From the NCBI GenBank assembly GCA_000002435.2, contig CM018793.1: a stretch of DNA of 64,000 nt, one strand, 5' to 3'. The first letter of the stretch is position 1. Each line of letters starts with the position of its first letter. Origin of the DNA: Giardia intestinalis. Taxonomy: Eukaryota. Below the pieces are notes generated by a model. It was not told the DNA's origin and searched no databases. It saw only the letters and a list, made by a program, of their open reading frames with translations. This document shows, one piece after another, positions 39,698 through 48,954 of the stretch. The position numbers and the translations under genes were made by a program.

Positions 39698-40624
39698 TTA
39701 AGGGTCAAAATCGTTGTGGGAGAAGTACGGGTGCTCGAGAGCGTTCTTCGCGCTAATGCGCTTGACGGGATCCATCTCGAGCATGGCAGTGAGGAGGTCG
39801 AGTCCTTCATCGTCAAGAAGAGCCCCCAAAACTCTCTTGAGAGTCTTCCCCCGGAACTTCGGGAAGCTCTGCTTCCAATCTGGGAGGGCCGTAACCCCAG
39901 GCCACGTTGTGTCGTCGGGGAGCCCGAGTACCTCAAATATCTTGAAAAGCTGGTCAATCTCACTGTCGCCGGGGAAGAGGGGTGTCTTCATCAGCATCTC
40001 GGCCCAGATGCATGCAATGGACCAAATGTCGACAGACGTGCTGTAGTGTCTGCTGCCAAGGAGGATCTCGGGCGGCCTGTACCAGAGTGTGATTATCTCG
40101 TGTGTGAACTGACGAATGGGAATGCCGAACGCTCTCGCCAGGCCAAAGTCCCCTATCTTCAAGACAGGGGTCTCGGACGCATCGCTGACGCTGAGGAGCA
40201 GATTCTGAGGTTTCAGGTCTCGGTGGAGGCAGCGTCTGCTGTGGCAGAAGTTGACTCCATTGATGAGCTGATACAAGAATGACTTGATCACGCGCATGCT
40301 TACATCAGGGTTCTTATCCATGTACTTCTTCAGGTCGTTCTCGGCATACTCGAAGATCAGATGGAGACGGTGATTGTGATGGATAACGGACTTGAGCTCG
40401 ATAATATTGCGGTGCTGGAGCTCCTTAAGGAGAGACACCTCCCGAATTGCAGTCCCTGGAACCCCCTCCTCTTCGTGCTCGAGCCGAATCCTTTTAATCG
40501 CCACGGTCTCATTCGTGACCGTATCAATCGCCTTGTAAACCTCTCCGTACGTGCCCTCCCCGAGCTTCGTAATCCGCCGATAGCGGTCGATTGAGGTAGC
40601 TGACGGGGCTGCAGACACGCTCAT
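39698..40624 (-). CDS. Cyclin-dependent kinase (cdc2/CDK1-2 class, PGTAIRE variant of the PSTAIRE helix)
   Basis: Diagnostic motifs are GEGTYGEVYKA, VAIKRIRL, EGVPGTAIREVSLLKEL, HRDLKPQNLLL and DFGLARAFGIPIRQFTHEIITLWYRPPEILLGS. The protein is 308 aa with an ATG start. Confidence 0.9.
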   Translation of the reverse strand: MSVSAAPSATSIDRYRRITKLGEGTYGEVYKAIDTVTNETVAIKRIRLEHEEEGVPGTAIREVSLLKELQHRNIIELKSVIHHNHRLHLIFEYAENDLKKYMDKNPDVSMRVIKSFLYQLINGVNFCHSRRCLHRDLKPQNLLLSVSDASETPVLKIGDFGLARAFGIPIRQFTHEIITLWYRPPEILLGSRHYSTSVDIWSIACIWAEMLMKTPLFPGDSEIDQLFKIFEVLGLPDDTTWPGVTALPDWKQSFPKFRGKTLKRVLGALLDDEGLDLLTAMLEMDPVKRISAKNALEHPYFSHNDFDP

Positions 40625-40675
40625 GTTTTTGAATTTTTGGAGGCCGGTCTCCAGTTTCCGAGATGTAGATACAAT

Positions 40676-43093
40676 TTATTCAAATTGGGCCATGCTCTCC
40701 GTCTTCTTTGAAACGCCTGCCATGCAAAAGTGCTGCAAGCAACTCGATAGCAGTGGAATATTCCATTCTTCTAACTCAGAAAGTTTGGAATGCAGAGGCA
40801 TATTGCTTCCAGCCAAGAGGAGCGCCAAAGAGCCCATCTCGATAGACAGTGGGATGGACTCTTCAAAGTGCCGCTGCAGCAGGGTCTGGGCCTCTTCCGC
40901 GTCTAGCTTGTATGTGTAATGGGGGTACAGTGCCCGGCAGACCAGAAGCTTCACTATGACGGCTCTGACCACGCGGCGCATGTGCGTCAGGGTGCTCACC
41001 TTGAAATTTTCGTAGCATCGCTTAATGATCGGGATGGTTTCCACGCCTACACACGGCTCCTCCGCCTCTCTGCTCACAAGGTGGCGATACTCTGGCTGTG
41101 TCCCCATGGTCAAACAAAGAAGCCTGATAACGAGTCGGCACTGCGAAATAGAGAGGTCTTGGAGGCGGCCACAGTATACTTCTATAACGTTAGTACAAAG
41201 AGCCGTCGTGGTAATCGTGCCGGAAAAGTATGTCTCTGTGATGCATAGGACTATTAAAAGCCATTCTTCGGGGGAGATCTCGACTGGTTTCCATTCGTAG
41301 GCCTTGTGGATGGAAGCTTGATAGGCCATCTCTCTACCCAGGTCTGTCAGGCACAAGCCATCGCCGGGGCCAAACCGCGTCACTGCTGCTGCGAGGGCAA
41401 GCGTGTCTAAGAGCTCCACATCCCCATAGAGCAGGGCTACCTTCTTTCTGGCCTCTTGGGAAAGCATCCCCGCGCCGACCACGTGTTCTGCCACTAGTCC
41501 TGTACTGTGGCCAATCCGTTTTGGGTGCACCGTTTTTCTAGAAAAGATGACGTCTAAGCCGTCGTAGAATCGTTGGAAGATGCCCTTTATGGTGCTGTAT
41601 ATGCTAGAATCGTTATAGAAGATCGTCACGTGTCTCAGCGCAGATCCTAGAGCATCTACTAAGACATGGAGTAATGACTCTGATGTAGCGCCGTTGAAGA
41701 GCAGCAAGCCCTCTGCAGCCGGAAGAAGCACCCTGTACTTCCGCATGTACAAGAGTATATCATTACTGCTTGAAAAGATGATGACCTTGTACTTGCACAA
41801 ATCGTCTTTAGCGCTAATCAAATCATGCAGCCTGTCCGGCCGGATGTGATAAAACTCATCTGCTGAAAGGACAGACAGTAGCACGTGTTGCAAGCTTTGT
41901 ACGTAAGAGCCTGTCAGACACGAAATATAGATGCAGCCGCTTGTGACTGTAACCAGGTTTCTGAAGTAGACTGTCATGGCTTGGTCAGATAACGGTGGAA
42001 CACAAAGCAGGGCAACCCGAGCCAATGGGGAAGAGACCGTCGAAAGAGGCACGGCGACGCTGCGCTTCCAGAGATAATAGTGATACGTAGATTCGTGAGT
42101 TGGTCGAAACAGCTGAGCTACCGCGCTTACTGAGAGGGAGCACGAGGCTGTATAGATGTTTATGCGCGTTAACCTTGTGCTTATATCTGCACTCATATCA
42201 TGATAAGCATACAGTAGCAAGAGTATGTCTGATGTGAATTCGGTCGGATTCGAACTAAGAGCACTTAAAGGGCTGAAGATAGGGTCAAAGAGTTGGAGTC
42301 TGGTGGGGCCCTGGCTCACGTTGAGGCATAGTTGCGCAGCGAGGGAATAGTACCCGAGGACAATCCTTAGAGCGCGTCCTTGCTTACGTGCACAATCAGC
42401 ATAATAATAAAGGTATGTGATAGAATCGACAGTGATAGAGCGGAACAGAGCCTCTAAGGAAGTTTGTTGGCTATGTGCAATGGGCGACGGAAGAGCAATC
42501 TCCATGGATTCGATACCGCCAGTATGCACAGCATCAATAAACCAGCGAGAGGAGAGCAACTTGAGATAGGTTTTTATCAAACGTGTACCCCGACGAGTCT
42601 GCGGAAACACAGCCAGAGTGCTTACTCTATGATCATTCCCCTCTAGCACGTCGTGTAGAAGTGCAGCTATTGCAGGAAACACAGGGTGTACACGGTTACC
42701 ATGATGGACCACTGAAACGTTGTCGCTTGCATGTAATGCTGTCAATTCCAGGACCTCATTGCTACACTCTTCTCCAAGGTCAATCAGTCCTGCTTCACAC
42801 ATGTCACTCAGAGCGCTGCACAGAGATGTATTGGCAAGCCATAAGTTCCGGGGGCAAGTATCTATATAACGATGGAGGGTGGCGGAGGGCCTATCTCCAT
42901 CAAGAAGCTTCAGTAAGATCTCCCACAAAGAGCAGTAATCCTTCAGAGCTTCCGTAACCAGGTTGGCCAGCGTTTGGTCGGACAAGGGCCAAGCTGTTAG
43001 GATGTCATGGAGAAGCCTCCTTCCTTTTCGAACAACCGCATAACTATAATTGTACCAGTCATCAATCAGTGCACTCCGAACGGCACCATCCAT
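40676..43093 (-). CDS. Hypothetical alpha-helical Leu-rich protein of about 805 aa with no recognisable domain
   Basis: The long ORF shows codon-level constraint. The ORF-track start at 43111 is TTG, and the first ATG gives MDGAVRSAL... (43093). It shares a spacer of under 90 bp with BOP1, which is transcribed divergently. Confidence 0.6.
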   Translation of the reverse strand: MDGAVRSALIDDWYNYSYAVVRKGRRLLHDILTAWPLSDQTLANLVTEALKDYCSLWEILLKLLDGDRPSATLHRYIDTCPRNLWLANTSLCSALSDMCEAGLIDLGEECSNEVLELTALHASDNVSVVHHGNRVHPVFPAIAALLHDVLEGNDHRVSTLAVFPQTRRGTRLIKTYLKLLSSRWFIDAVHTGGIESMEIALPSPIAHSQQTSLEALFRSITVDSITYLYYYADCARKQGRALRIVLGYYSLAAQLCLNVSQGPTRLQLFDPIFSPLSALSSNPTEFTSDILLLLYAYHDMSADISTRLTRINIYTASCSLSVSAVAQLFRPTHESTYHYYLWKRSVAVPLSTVSSPLARVALLCVPPLSDQAMTVYFRNLVTVTSGCIYISCLTGSYVQSLQHVLLSVLSADEFYHIRPDRLHDLISAKDDLCKYKVIIFSSSNDILLYMRKYRVLLPAAEGLLLFNGATSESLLHVLVDALGSALRHVTIFYNDSSIYSTIKGIFQRFYDGLDVIFSRKTVHPKRIGHSTGLVAEHVVGAGMLSQEARKKVALLYGDVELLDTLALAAAVTRFGPGDGLCLTDLGREMAYQASIHKAYEWKPVEISPEEWLLIVLCITETYFSGTITTTALCTNVIEVYCGRLQDLSISQCRLVIRLLCLTMGTQPEYRHLVSREAEEPCVGVETIPIIKRCYENFKVSTLTHMRRVVRAVIVKLLVCRALYPHYTYKLDAEEAQTLLQRHFEESIPLSIEMGSLALLLAGSNMPLHSKLSELEEWNIPLLSSCLQHFCMAGVSKKTESMAQFE

Positions 43094-43181
43094 CCCCGGG
43101 TAGAGTGTCAAGCCGCAGTGGGTGGATCCCGAGTCACTAAGAAAAGACGCGAATAAAAAACCAGAACAGCATTTAATTGGT
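43094..43181. promoter_or_regulatory. Bidirectional A/T-rich promoter spacer shared by the unknown 805-aa gene and BOP1
   Basis: It lies between the minus-strand ATG (43093) and the plus-strand ATG (43182). It contains AATAAAAAACCAGAACAGCATTTAATTGGT directly before the ATG of BOP1. Confidence 0.45.
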
Positions 43182-45449
43182 ATGTCTCAGGAGCCCAGTT
43201 CTAGCTTCTCGGATGGATTCATGGAGTCCGACTTTTCACAGGGAAGTTTTTCGGCATCTGACGACGCCGAGTTGAGTATCCCGTCTGAGTTTGCGGAGTC
43301 CGTGGACGAGCTTTCGTCTTCCTCTGACAATGGGGATCAGGGCCAACCTTTAACCGAGCCCAACAATATCCCGATCGACGAAGACACCGTTTATAATATA
43401 TGGGGCCAAGTGGTCGGAACACGCCGTAAGGACATTGGGCCCGATGGTTCCAGCCTGGACATGTTTCTAGAGCGGCACAAAGACACAAACGAATTCTTTA
43501 GGACAGTATACGACCCTGCTAAAGGTTACAAGAGGGCAAATCTAACGCCAGAAGAAGAGGAGATGATCCGCAATGTTATGGTGTCCAGGCCTTACAACGA
43601 CGCCCCTGGATTATCCCGGATGAACATCCAGTCTACTCTTGTCAATAAAAACATCATGAGGACAGCTCTTACGTCGGACATTGTGGGTCCTAAGGAAAAG
43701 TATGCATCGAAGGCCATTGTGCGCAAGATTGAAAAGCTTAGGGAGGGAATTGAGCGTGGAGAAATAGTCTATGATCCAAATCGTTATAAGGTAGATGAGA
43801 ACAGGGGACTGGTAGTGGGCAATCGAGATCTTTGGGCAGACGTGGACGAAACAGAAGACCCGTCCATGCGCATACCAAAGGGGCGCGGAGAGATGTACAT
43901 GAACCCCACAAAGCCAAAGCTTCCTGGGCATGCCCTGAGCTACAACCCGCCGCTGGAATACCTTAACATTGACGGCGATGGATCCCAACAAAAGCTCCAA
44001 AGCCTGCGACAGATCAAGACATACACTAACTTTGTTAAGGATCAGTTCGATCGCTGCGTTACTCTCTACTTGAATCCGCGTCAACGGCTCCGGAAAGAGG
44101 AGGACATGGACAGCATGCTACCAACTCTACCGAACAGGTCGCTCCTGACACCGTACCCAACATTCTGCGCCATGACCATCCGGACGGGAACAAGACGCAT
44201 AAACGGGCTCACGTTCTCCCCCAAGGGAATGTTCTTTGCTGTGGGAGGGCGCGACTGCATTTTGAGAGTTTTCGAAACCTACTCCGGACGCCAAGTCAGA
44301 GCCATCCCTGTTCTATCCACAAAGAAGCTGGAGAAGAAAAGCATCAACTTTCTCAATCTGGAAATCAACTGCTGCAAATGGTGTCCAAGGACTGATGTGA
44401 GCATCATTGCTGTGTGTGCAGGGGACGAACTCATTTTCGTTGACGCTGGGATCTGCGAAAGTGGGAATTACAACGAGGTCAGGGAGCGAACACGCTTTCT
44501 TCTGAATGCTCGGCCCGAAACCACTCAGCCGTGCCCCCACATGGCTTGGGAGATGCATGCAGGTGTGACTTCAGGCGGAAAAAGCTACGCCTCTGGGTTT
44601 GTCACGCAGGTGTCTAGCAATGCGTACAACGAGGGCTCTGAGGACGACGACGCGGCCGAGTCGGCCCGCTTTAACGAGGAGCGCCACCAAAGGGGACACG
44701 AGGGCCAAATCGATGCAGACGTCTACACCGTGTATACTCGTCTCAATCAGTTTGTTTTACTGAGAATCCACCACACACATCTTGTCAGCTTCTGCAACTG
44801 GCACTTTCAGGGTGATTACATCGTCACAGTATGCACCGATGATAAAAGTCGTGCAAAGGTGACCCTTCACCAACTCTCAAAATGGCACAGCCTGTCTCCT
44901 TTTAATAGACTCAAGTCAAAGATTATAGGAGCACACTTTCGAACAAAGAAATCCGAGCTTATCGTTGTGTCAGAGCGGTCGTCGCGCATATACAACCTGC
45001 TGACGGGTGACAAGTTGTCCACGCTCTACCCAGGAGTAAAGCAAGTGACAGCCAGTGGCATGGGTTATGGAGACAACTTCATCACGGGGAGTGCCGACTC
45101 CCAGTGTGCCCTGTTTGCCAACGCTGCTGGGCCCGAGCCCACTGCAAAGCTCTGCTACCACACTTCAACAATCCGGAACATCGACGTCCACCCTTGCGGA
45201 GGCCTAGTAGCTACGTGCTCGGATGACGGAATTGTGCAGATCAGCCGTATCGTAGATGCGTCTCTTGTGAAGATGCATCCGGGGCAATTTGACGAAAAGC
45301 TGTACAATAGGATGATTCCATGCGTCGTCCTAAATCGACGGCGACAGGCGGCAGACGGGTCTGTAGGTATCAGTAGGGTCACGTGGCACCCAAGACAGCC
45401 CTGGCTCCTCTGCAGCGGGACAGACGGGGTCCTGCGCCTCTTCAAATGA
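43182..45449 (+). CDS. BOP1: BOP1/Erb1 ribosome-biogenesis WD-repeat protein
   Basis: BOP1NT-domain signatures are present, including MNPTKPKLPGHALSYNPPLEYL (consensus hxxPKxKLPGHaESYNPPxEYL). C-terminal WD repeats end ...VTWHPRQPWLLCSGTDGVLRLFK, a typical BOP1 terminus. The ORF-track start (43122) is GTG, and the first ATG preceded by an A/T-rich element is at 43182 (MSQEPSS...). Confidence 0.85.
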   Translation: MSQEPSSSFSDGFMESDFSQGSFSASDDAELSIPSEFAESVDELSSSSDNGDQGQPLTEPNNIPIDEDTVYNIWGQVVGTRRKDIGPDGSSLDMFLERHKDTNEFFRTVYDPAKGYKRANLTPEEEEMIRNVMVSRPYNDAPGLSRMNIQSTLVNKNIMRTALTSDIVGPKEKYASKAIVRKIEKLREGIERGEIVYDPNRYKVDENRGLVVGNRDLWADVDETEDPSMRIPKGRGEMYMNPTKPKLPGHALSYNPPLEYLNIDGDGSQQKLQSLRQIKTYTNFVKDQFDRCVTLYLNPRQRLRKEEDMDSMLPTLPNRSLLTPYPTFCAMTIRTGTRRINGLTFSPKGMFFAVGGRDCILRVFETYSGRQVRAIPVLSTKKLEKKSINFLNLEINCCKWCPRTDVSIIAVCAGDELIFVDAGICESGNYNEVRERTRFLLNARPETTQPCPHMAWEMHAGVTSGGKSYASGFVTQVSSNAYNEGSEDDDAAESARFNEERHQRGHEGQIDADVYTVYTRLNQFVLLRIHHTHLVSFCNWHFQGDYIVTVCTDDKSRAKVTLHQLSKWHSLSPFNRLKSKIIGAHFRTKKSELIVVSERSSRIYNLLTGDKLSTLYPGVKQVTASGMGYGDNFITGSADSQCALFANAAGPEPTAKLCYHTSTIRNIDVHPCGGLVATCSDDGIVQISRIVDASLVKMHPGQFDEKLYNRMIPCVVLNRRRQAADGSVGISRVTWHPRQPWLLCSGTDGVLRLFK

Positions 45450-45516
45450 ATTCAAGACTAAAGTATATTAATTTGAATTCTCACTAAGCTGCAAAAAGCC
45501 AACAGAACTTGTCTTG

Positions 45517-45966
45517 ATGTCAGCTGCAGGAGAGCCCATGTATCCCAAGCAGGCGGGGAACCTGAAGAAGGGTGACTACATTGTCATGAAGGACGTTTTC
45601 CCCTGCAAGGTAACGGAGATTTCGACCTCCAAGACGGGCAAGCACGGTCACGCGAAGTGCTCCATCACCGCGGTCGACATCTTCACGGGAAAGAAGTACG
45701 AAGACTCGTGCCCCTCGTCCCACAACATCATGTGTCCGAACGTCTCCAGGACGGATTATCTGTTGATCAACATCGACGACGAGTACGCCTTCTACTTCGA
45801 CCAGAACGATGCAGAGCAGCAGGTTAGGCTCCCGCTGGAGAACGAGGAGCTGGTGGCAGACCTCCGCGCAGCCTTTGAGGCCGGGGACAAGACGATCATG
45901 ATCAACATCCAGAGGGCAATGAACACGGAGGGCATCGTTGCCTTTAAGACAGAGACGAATAAGTAA
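45517..45966 (+). CDS. EIF5A: Translation factor eIF-5A (hypusine-containing)
   Basis: The hypusine loop STSKTGKHGHAKC is present. Overall identity to eIF5A is strong (PMYPKQAGNLKKGDYIVMKDVFPCKV...). The track start at 45514 is TTG and the ATG is at 45517. AGTAAAC follows the stop at 45966-45972. Confidence 0.92.
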   Translation: MSAAGEPMYPKQAGNLKKGDYIVMKDVFPCKVTEISTSKTGKHGHAKCSITAVDIFTGKKYEDSCPSSHNIMCPNVSRTDYLLINIDDEYAFYFDQNDAEQQVRLPLENEELVADLRAAFEAGDKTIMINIQRAMNTEGIVAFKTETNK

Positions 45967-45972
45967 GTAAAC
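45966..45972 (+). terminator. Candidate Giardia polyadenylation signal AGTAAAC (AGTRAAY) for eIF5A
   Basis: The motif overlaps or follows the TAA stop directly. Confidence 0.45.
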
Positions 45973-45982
45973 AGTCACACCT

Positions 45983-48934
45983 TTACTGGTCTTGTAGGAG
46001 GGTGCTGCTGGTGTGCGCCACGTGTTCCGCCGCCCTACGAAGGACGGACGCTGTGCTCTGGGACGCCCTGTCTGTCGCTTCTGTGAGGAACTTGGATAGT
46101 GCAGCGCTTGATGCCTGGCGAAGCGCAACGGGCGTCCTTGTCAGCCCACAGTGGGCAACCGTTGCCACATCCGCCACAGCCTCAGGAGAAGCGTCCTTGA
46201 GGTCCTTCAGCGCAAGAAGAACCCTTCCTCCGAGCATATTTTGCAAAGCATGGAAGCGCCGGTTGGTCAAGTCCGCACCTGTTGCAGGCTGCTTTGGGAG
46301 TCTCTCGATAAGGAACCAAAGCTTGTGGCCCAGCATAGAGGAGGCATAGTCCGTGCACTTCTCTGGTTCTGTAGAGCGTAAGTTGGTGACGAAGTTGAGA
46401 AAAGCACGGATTGAGTAGGGATCCTTGTCGCAAAGAGCTTCAGGCTGCTCTTCAGCGTCCTTCTTTTCCATCTCTGAGTCTTTCTTTTCCTTAGACAATT
46501 CGTGATAGAAGATAACGCTCTTCCTGTACTTCTCAGTGAGCCCCTCTTCACAGGAGAGTATAACATCGCTAAGCCTCTTCATACGCTCGTCATCGAGCTT
46601 TAGGATGTATAGGACAAGCTCCAGTACAAAAAGTAACGCTTCTCTGGTGCTTGCTTGAGTCATGAGCTTCTTTTGGTAGTCCAGAAGTGCCCTCCAATAA
46701 GTAACAAGGTAGCCAACTCGTACTACATAATGGTGAAAGTCCAAGAGCTCGTAGTAGCTATCGAAGGCCAGCTCGGTCGTCGTAAGCGCGGCCTTAATTC
46801 TGGTGGCAAGCAACTCAACAGCATTTGACCCAGGCCTAGCGTCTATCTTTCCGTCGATGAAAGGGTCTACGAGCCTGGCAACCGAATCAGGATCCTGATA
46901 GTCTCGATACAGAAATCCCATGACCGAAACATCTTGAGTGTCTTGACAGACCAACCATGGGTCTGCCTGATAGATGAACTTTCCGTACATAGTATATGCC
47001 TCAGGAATGGCATTAACTTGCATGTGCATGTCCACAGCTATACGAGAGGCACTACGATCGCTGTTATCGATGATAGAAACCAGCTCAGACATGATAGAGG
47101 CTGAGCGCGGAAGACCCAAGATGTGGAGCATCTTTGCATAGAGGGTGAAGATGTCTGGATTAAGGCGTCCGGCAATTAGCTCTTCCGGACTCTTGAAGCG
47201 TAGTACGGTGAGACGGTCCGTTAGCTCTTGTGTGTACTCTTTCTTGAATGCATCAATCTGTTCTTGGGATGCATTATCATTCAGATAGCTTTTGCAGGCA
47301 CAGAGTTGCCTGGTGGAGTCCACGAGCGGTAGATTTGCGTCTTCAGTCTGGTTACAAGGCAAGAGCACCTTCTCTAGAATGCCACGGCATCGCAGAAGAT
47401 TACAGTCACCATCTCCGGGATTCAGCTGTGCAAAGGCATAGCTAAAGTATGCGTTGATGTAAGCGCTGTGCTGTACTGGGTAAGATCCACCAATCAAGTC
47501 CTCGTAGAGTTGAGATGCCACGTCCTTCTCTAGCTGGTTGACTAGCTTCGAGATATAGTGCAACAGCCCAGGAGATACACGCTTGCCGCTTAGAACAGTG
47601 TGTATCTCTGACTTGAAGGCTGTGTAATCTGAGGACATGAATGCCAGCTGTATGCAAAGAGTTCGGTCGAAGAAGGAGTTTCTGGAGGCATGACGCCCTT
47701 GCCGTGGTTTCTGTATTGGATCGAGAAGGTGGAAAAAGCACGCTGGAAGAGGCTTTGTACTACATGGGCACTCTATGGTTCCGGCGATAAATTGAGAGTA
47801 GGCGGAGTATAGGATGGCGTACTCGTTCGCTGTTGCCAAAACGCAGTCTCCTTCTGTCCGCCCTGTTAAGTTGACAACGCAAGTGATACCGTGGAGCTTC
47901 TCCAAGTAGAGCTCGAAAATCTTTTCATAGACGAATAAATCAAAAGGGGTGTAGCAGTATAGGCGGCGCAAAGTAAGCAGATACATGTCCTCGCAGGCCT
48001 TGTAGACAGTGAGACTTTGGCGCAATAGCTCTTCTCTATCATAGCGCTTTGTAGAACGGGTCTTTTTCAGTTGCACAGGAAACTCCTCCAGCTGCTGGTG
48101 GAACGCTTTAACGCTATTATTCTTGCCGCTTTCTGCTTTAAGTGCAAGGACACAATGCTCAGCTTGCAGGGCTTGCACATAGTCAAAGTAAAAACTCCTA
48201 TATAGAGACGCGTCACGGTGCGCTGAGCCGCCTTGGCTTACAGCCCCTGCTGCTGCCTTCTGAAGGATGCCCTTGAACTCCGCCGAGGAGGCCGCCGCAG
48301 CGTCCAGCCTGTTCTGGATCATGTTGCAGAGAAAGGACGTGAAAGCAAAGATTCGGGGCGCTTGAGAGGCCTTGGTAGATGACGCCATCGAAACAAAGGA
48401 CAAGAGCGACTGCTCACACTTCTTATAGTCCCCTGTATGCAAATATAGAATGGACAGCTCCTTATAGAAGAGAGAGTTGGACGGGGAGAGGGCAGAGGCC
48501 TTTTGCAAGTACTCTATGGCGGAGGCCTCAAGGTGCTCATGCCGCCTGATAATGCTTGCAATGTGGAATGGAATGTAGCTTTTCAACCCTTTCTCAGCTA
48601 CCTCGATTGCCTCATTGATTAGTCGCCAGCCCTCTGAACGCAGGAAGATGGGAATGCTGAGGCCCCCTATTTCCTCCGAAGAAAAGACTCCAGAAGCGTG
48701 CGAAATAGGAAGATAGTACGTTGCAGCGCCCTTCATTGCCATGATGTCTGGGTTGCTCGGAAGCCTGGCGATGAGGTCGTTACAAGTCGTAAAGCATTCC
48801 ACATACTTTCCGTTGTCAAAGTCTGTGTAGATGGTATTTATGGCTTTAGCGTCCTTTGGGCTAATGTCTGACGAGGCCTGGGTCGACTGTTTTTGGCCGT
48901 GACGCGCGTTTCCACGCCCTTTCTTGTACGACAT
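45983..48934 (-). CDS. NAA15: TPR-rich 983-aa protein, probably the NatA N-terminal acetyltransferase auxiliary subunit (NAA15/Nat1-like)
   Basis: The N-terminus RLPSNPDIMAMKGAA matches NAA15 ILSNPKFAEHGETLAMKG. The segment LDFHHYVVRVGYLVTYWRALLDYQKKL...ALLFVLELVLYILKLDD matches NAA15 [26 protein letters not shown]...AARIAIEIYLKLHD. A Lys/Glu-rich stretch follows. The start is ATG after an A/T-rich element. Confidence 0.55.
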   Translation of the reverse strand: MSYKKGRGNARHGQKQSTQASSDISPKDAKAINTIYTDFDNGKYVECFTTCNDLIARLPSNPDIMAMKGAATYYLPISHASGVFSSEEIGGLSIPIFLRSEGWRLINEAIEVAEKGLKSYIPFHIASIIRRHEHLEASAIEYLQKASALSPSNSLFYKELSILYLHTGDYKKCEQSLLSFVSMASSTKASQAPRIFAFTSFLCNMIQNRLDAAAASSAEFKGILQKAAAGAVSQGGSAHRDASLYRSFYFDYVQALQAEHCVLALKAESGKNNSVKAFHQQLEEFPVQLKKTRSTKRYDREELLRQSLTVYKACEDMYLLTLRRLYCYTPFDLFVYEKIFELYLEKLHGITCVVNLTGRTEGDCVLATANEYAILYSAYSQFIAGTIECPCSTKPLPACFFHLLDPIQKPRQGRHASRNSFFDRTLCIQLAFMSSDYTAFKSEIHTVLSGKRVSPGLLHYISKLVNQLEKDVASQLYEDLIGGSYPVQHSAYINAYFSYAFAQLNPGDGDCNLLRCRGILEKVLLPCNQTEDANLPLVDSTRQLCACKSYLNDNASQEQIDAFKKEYTQELTDRLTVLRFKSPEELIAGRLNPDIFTLYAKMLHILGLPRSASIMSELVSIIDNSDRSASRIAVDMHMQVNAIPEAYTMYGKFIYQADPWLVCQDTQDVSVMGFLYRDYQDPDSVARLVDPFIDGKIDARPGSNAVELLATRIKAALTTTELAFDSYYELLDFHHYVVRVGYLVTYWRALLDYQKKLMTQASTREALLFVLELVLYILKLDDERMKRLSDVILSCEEGLTEKYRKSVIFYHELSKEKKDSEMEKKDAEEQPEALCDKDPYSIRAFLNFVTNLRSTEPEKCTDYASSMLGHKLWFLIERLPKQPATGADLTNRRFHALQNMLGGRVLLALKDLKDASPEAVADVATVAHCGLTRTPVALRQASSAALSKFLTEATDRASQSTASVLRRAAEHVAHTSSTLLQDQ

Positions 48935-48954
48935 TTTTTGAAATATTAACTAAT

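Noticed and set aside
42235-42260. tRNA-like TTCGAATCC (T-loop) string on the minus strand
   Set aside because: It lies in frame inside the 805-aa CDS (codes SSNPTEFTS). The flanks cannot form a T-stem or acceptor stem.
43111-43122. ORF-track starts at 43111 (TTG), 43122 (GTG), 45514 (TTG), 54089 (GTG) and 26887 (TTG)
   Set aside because: The track accepts non-ATG starts. For a eukaryote I moved each start to the first ATG preceded by an A/T-rich initiator (43093, 43182, 45517, 54077, and 26873 with a frameshift).
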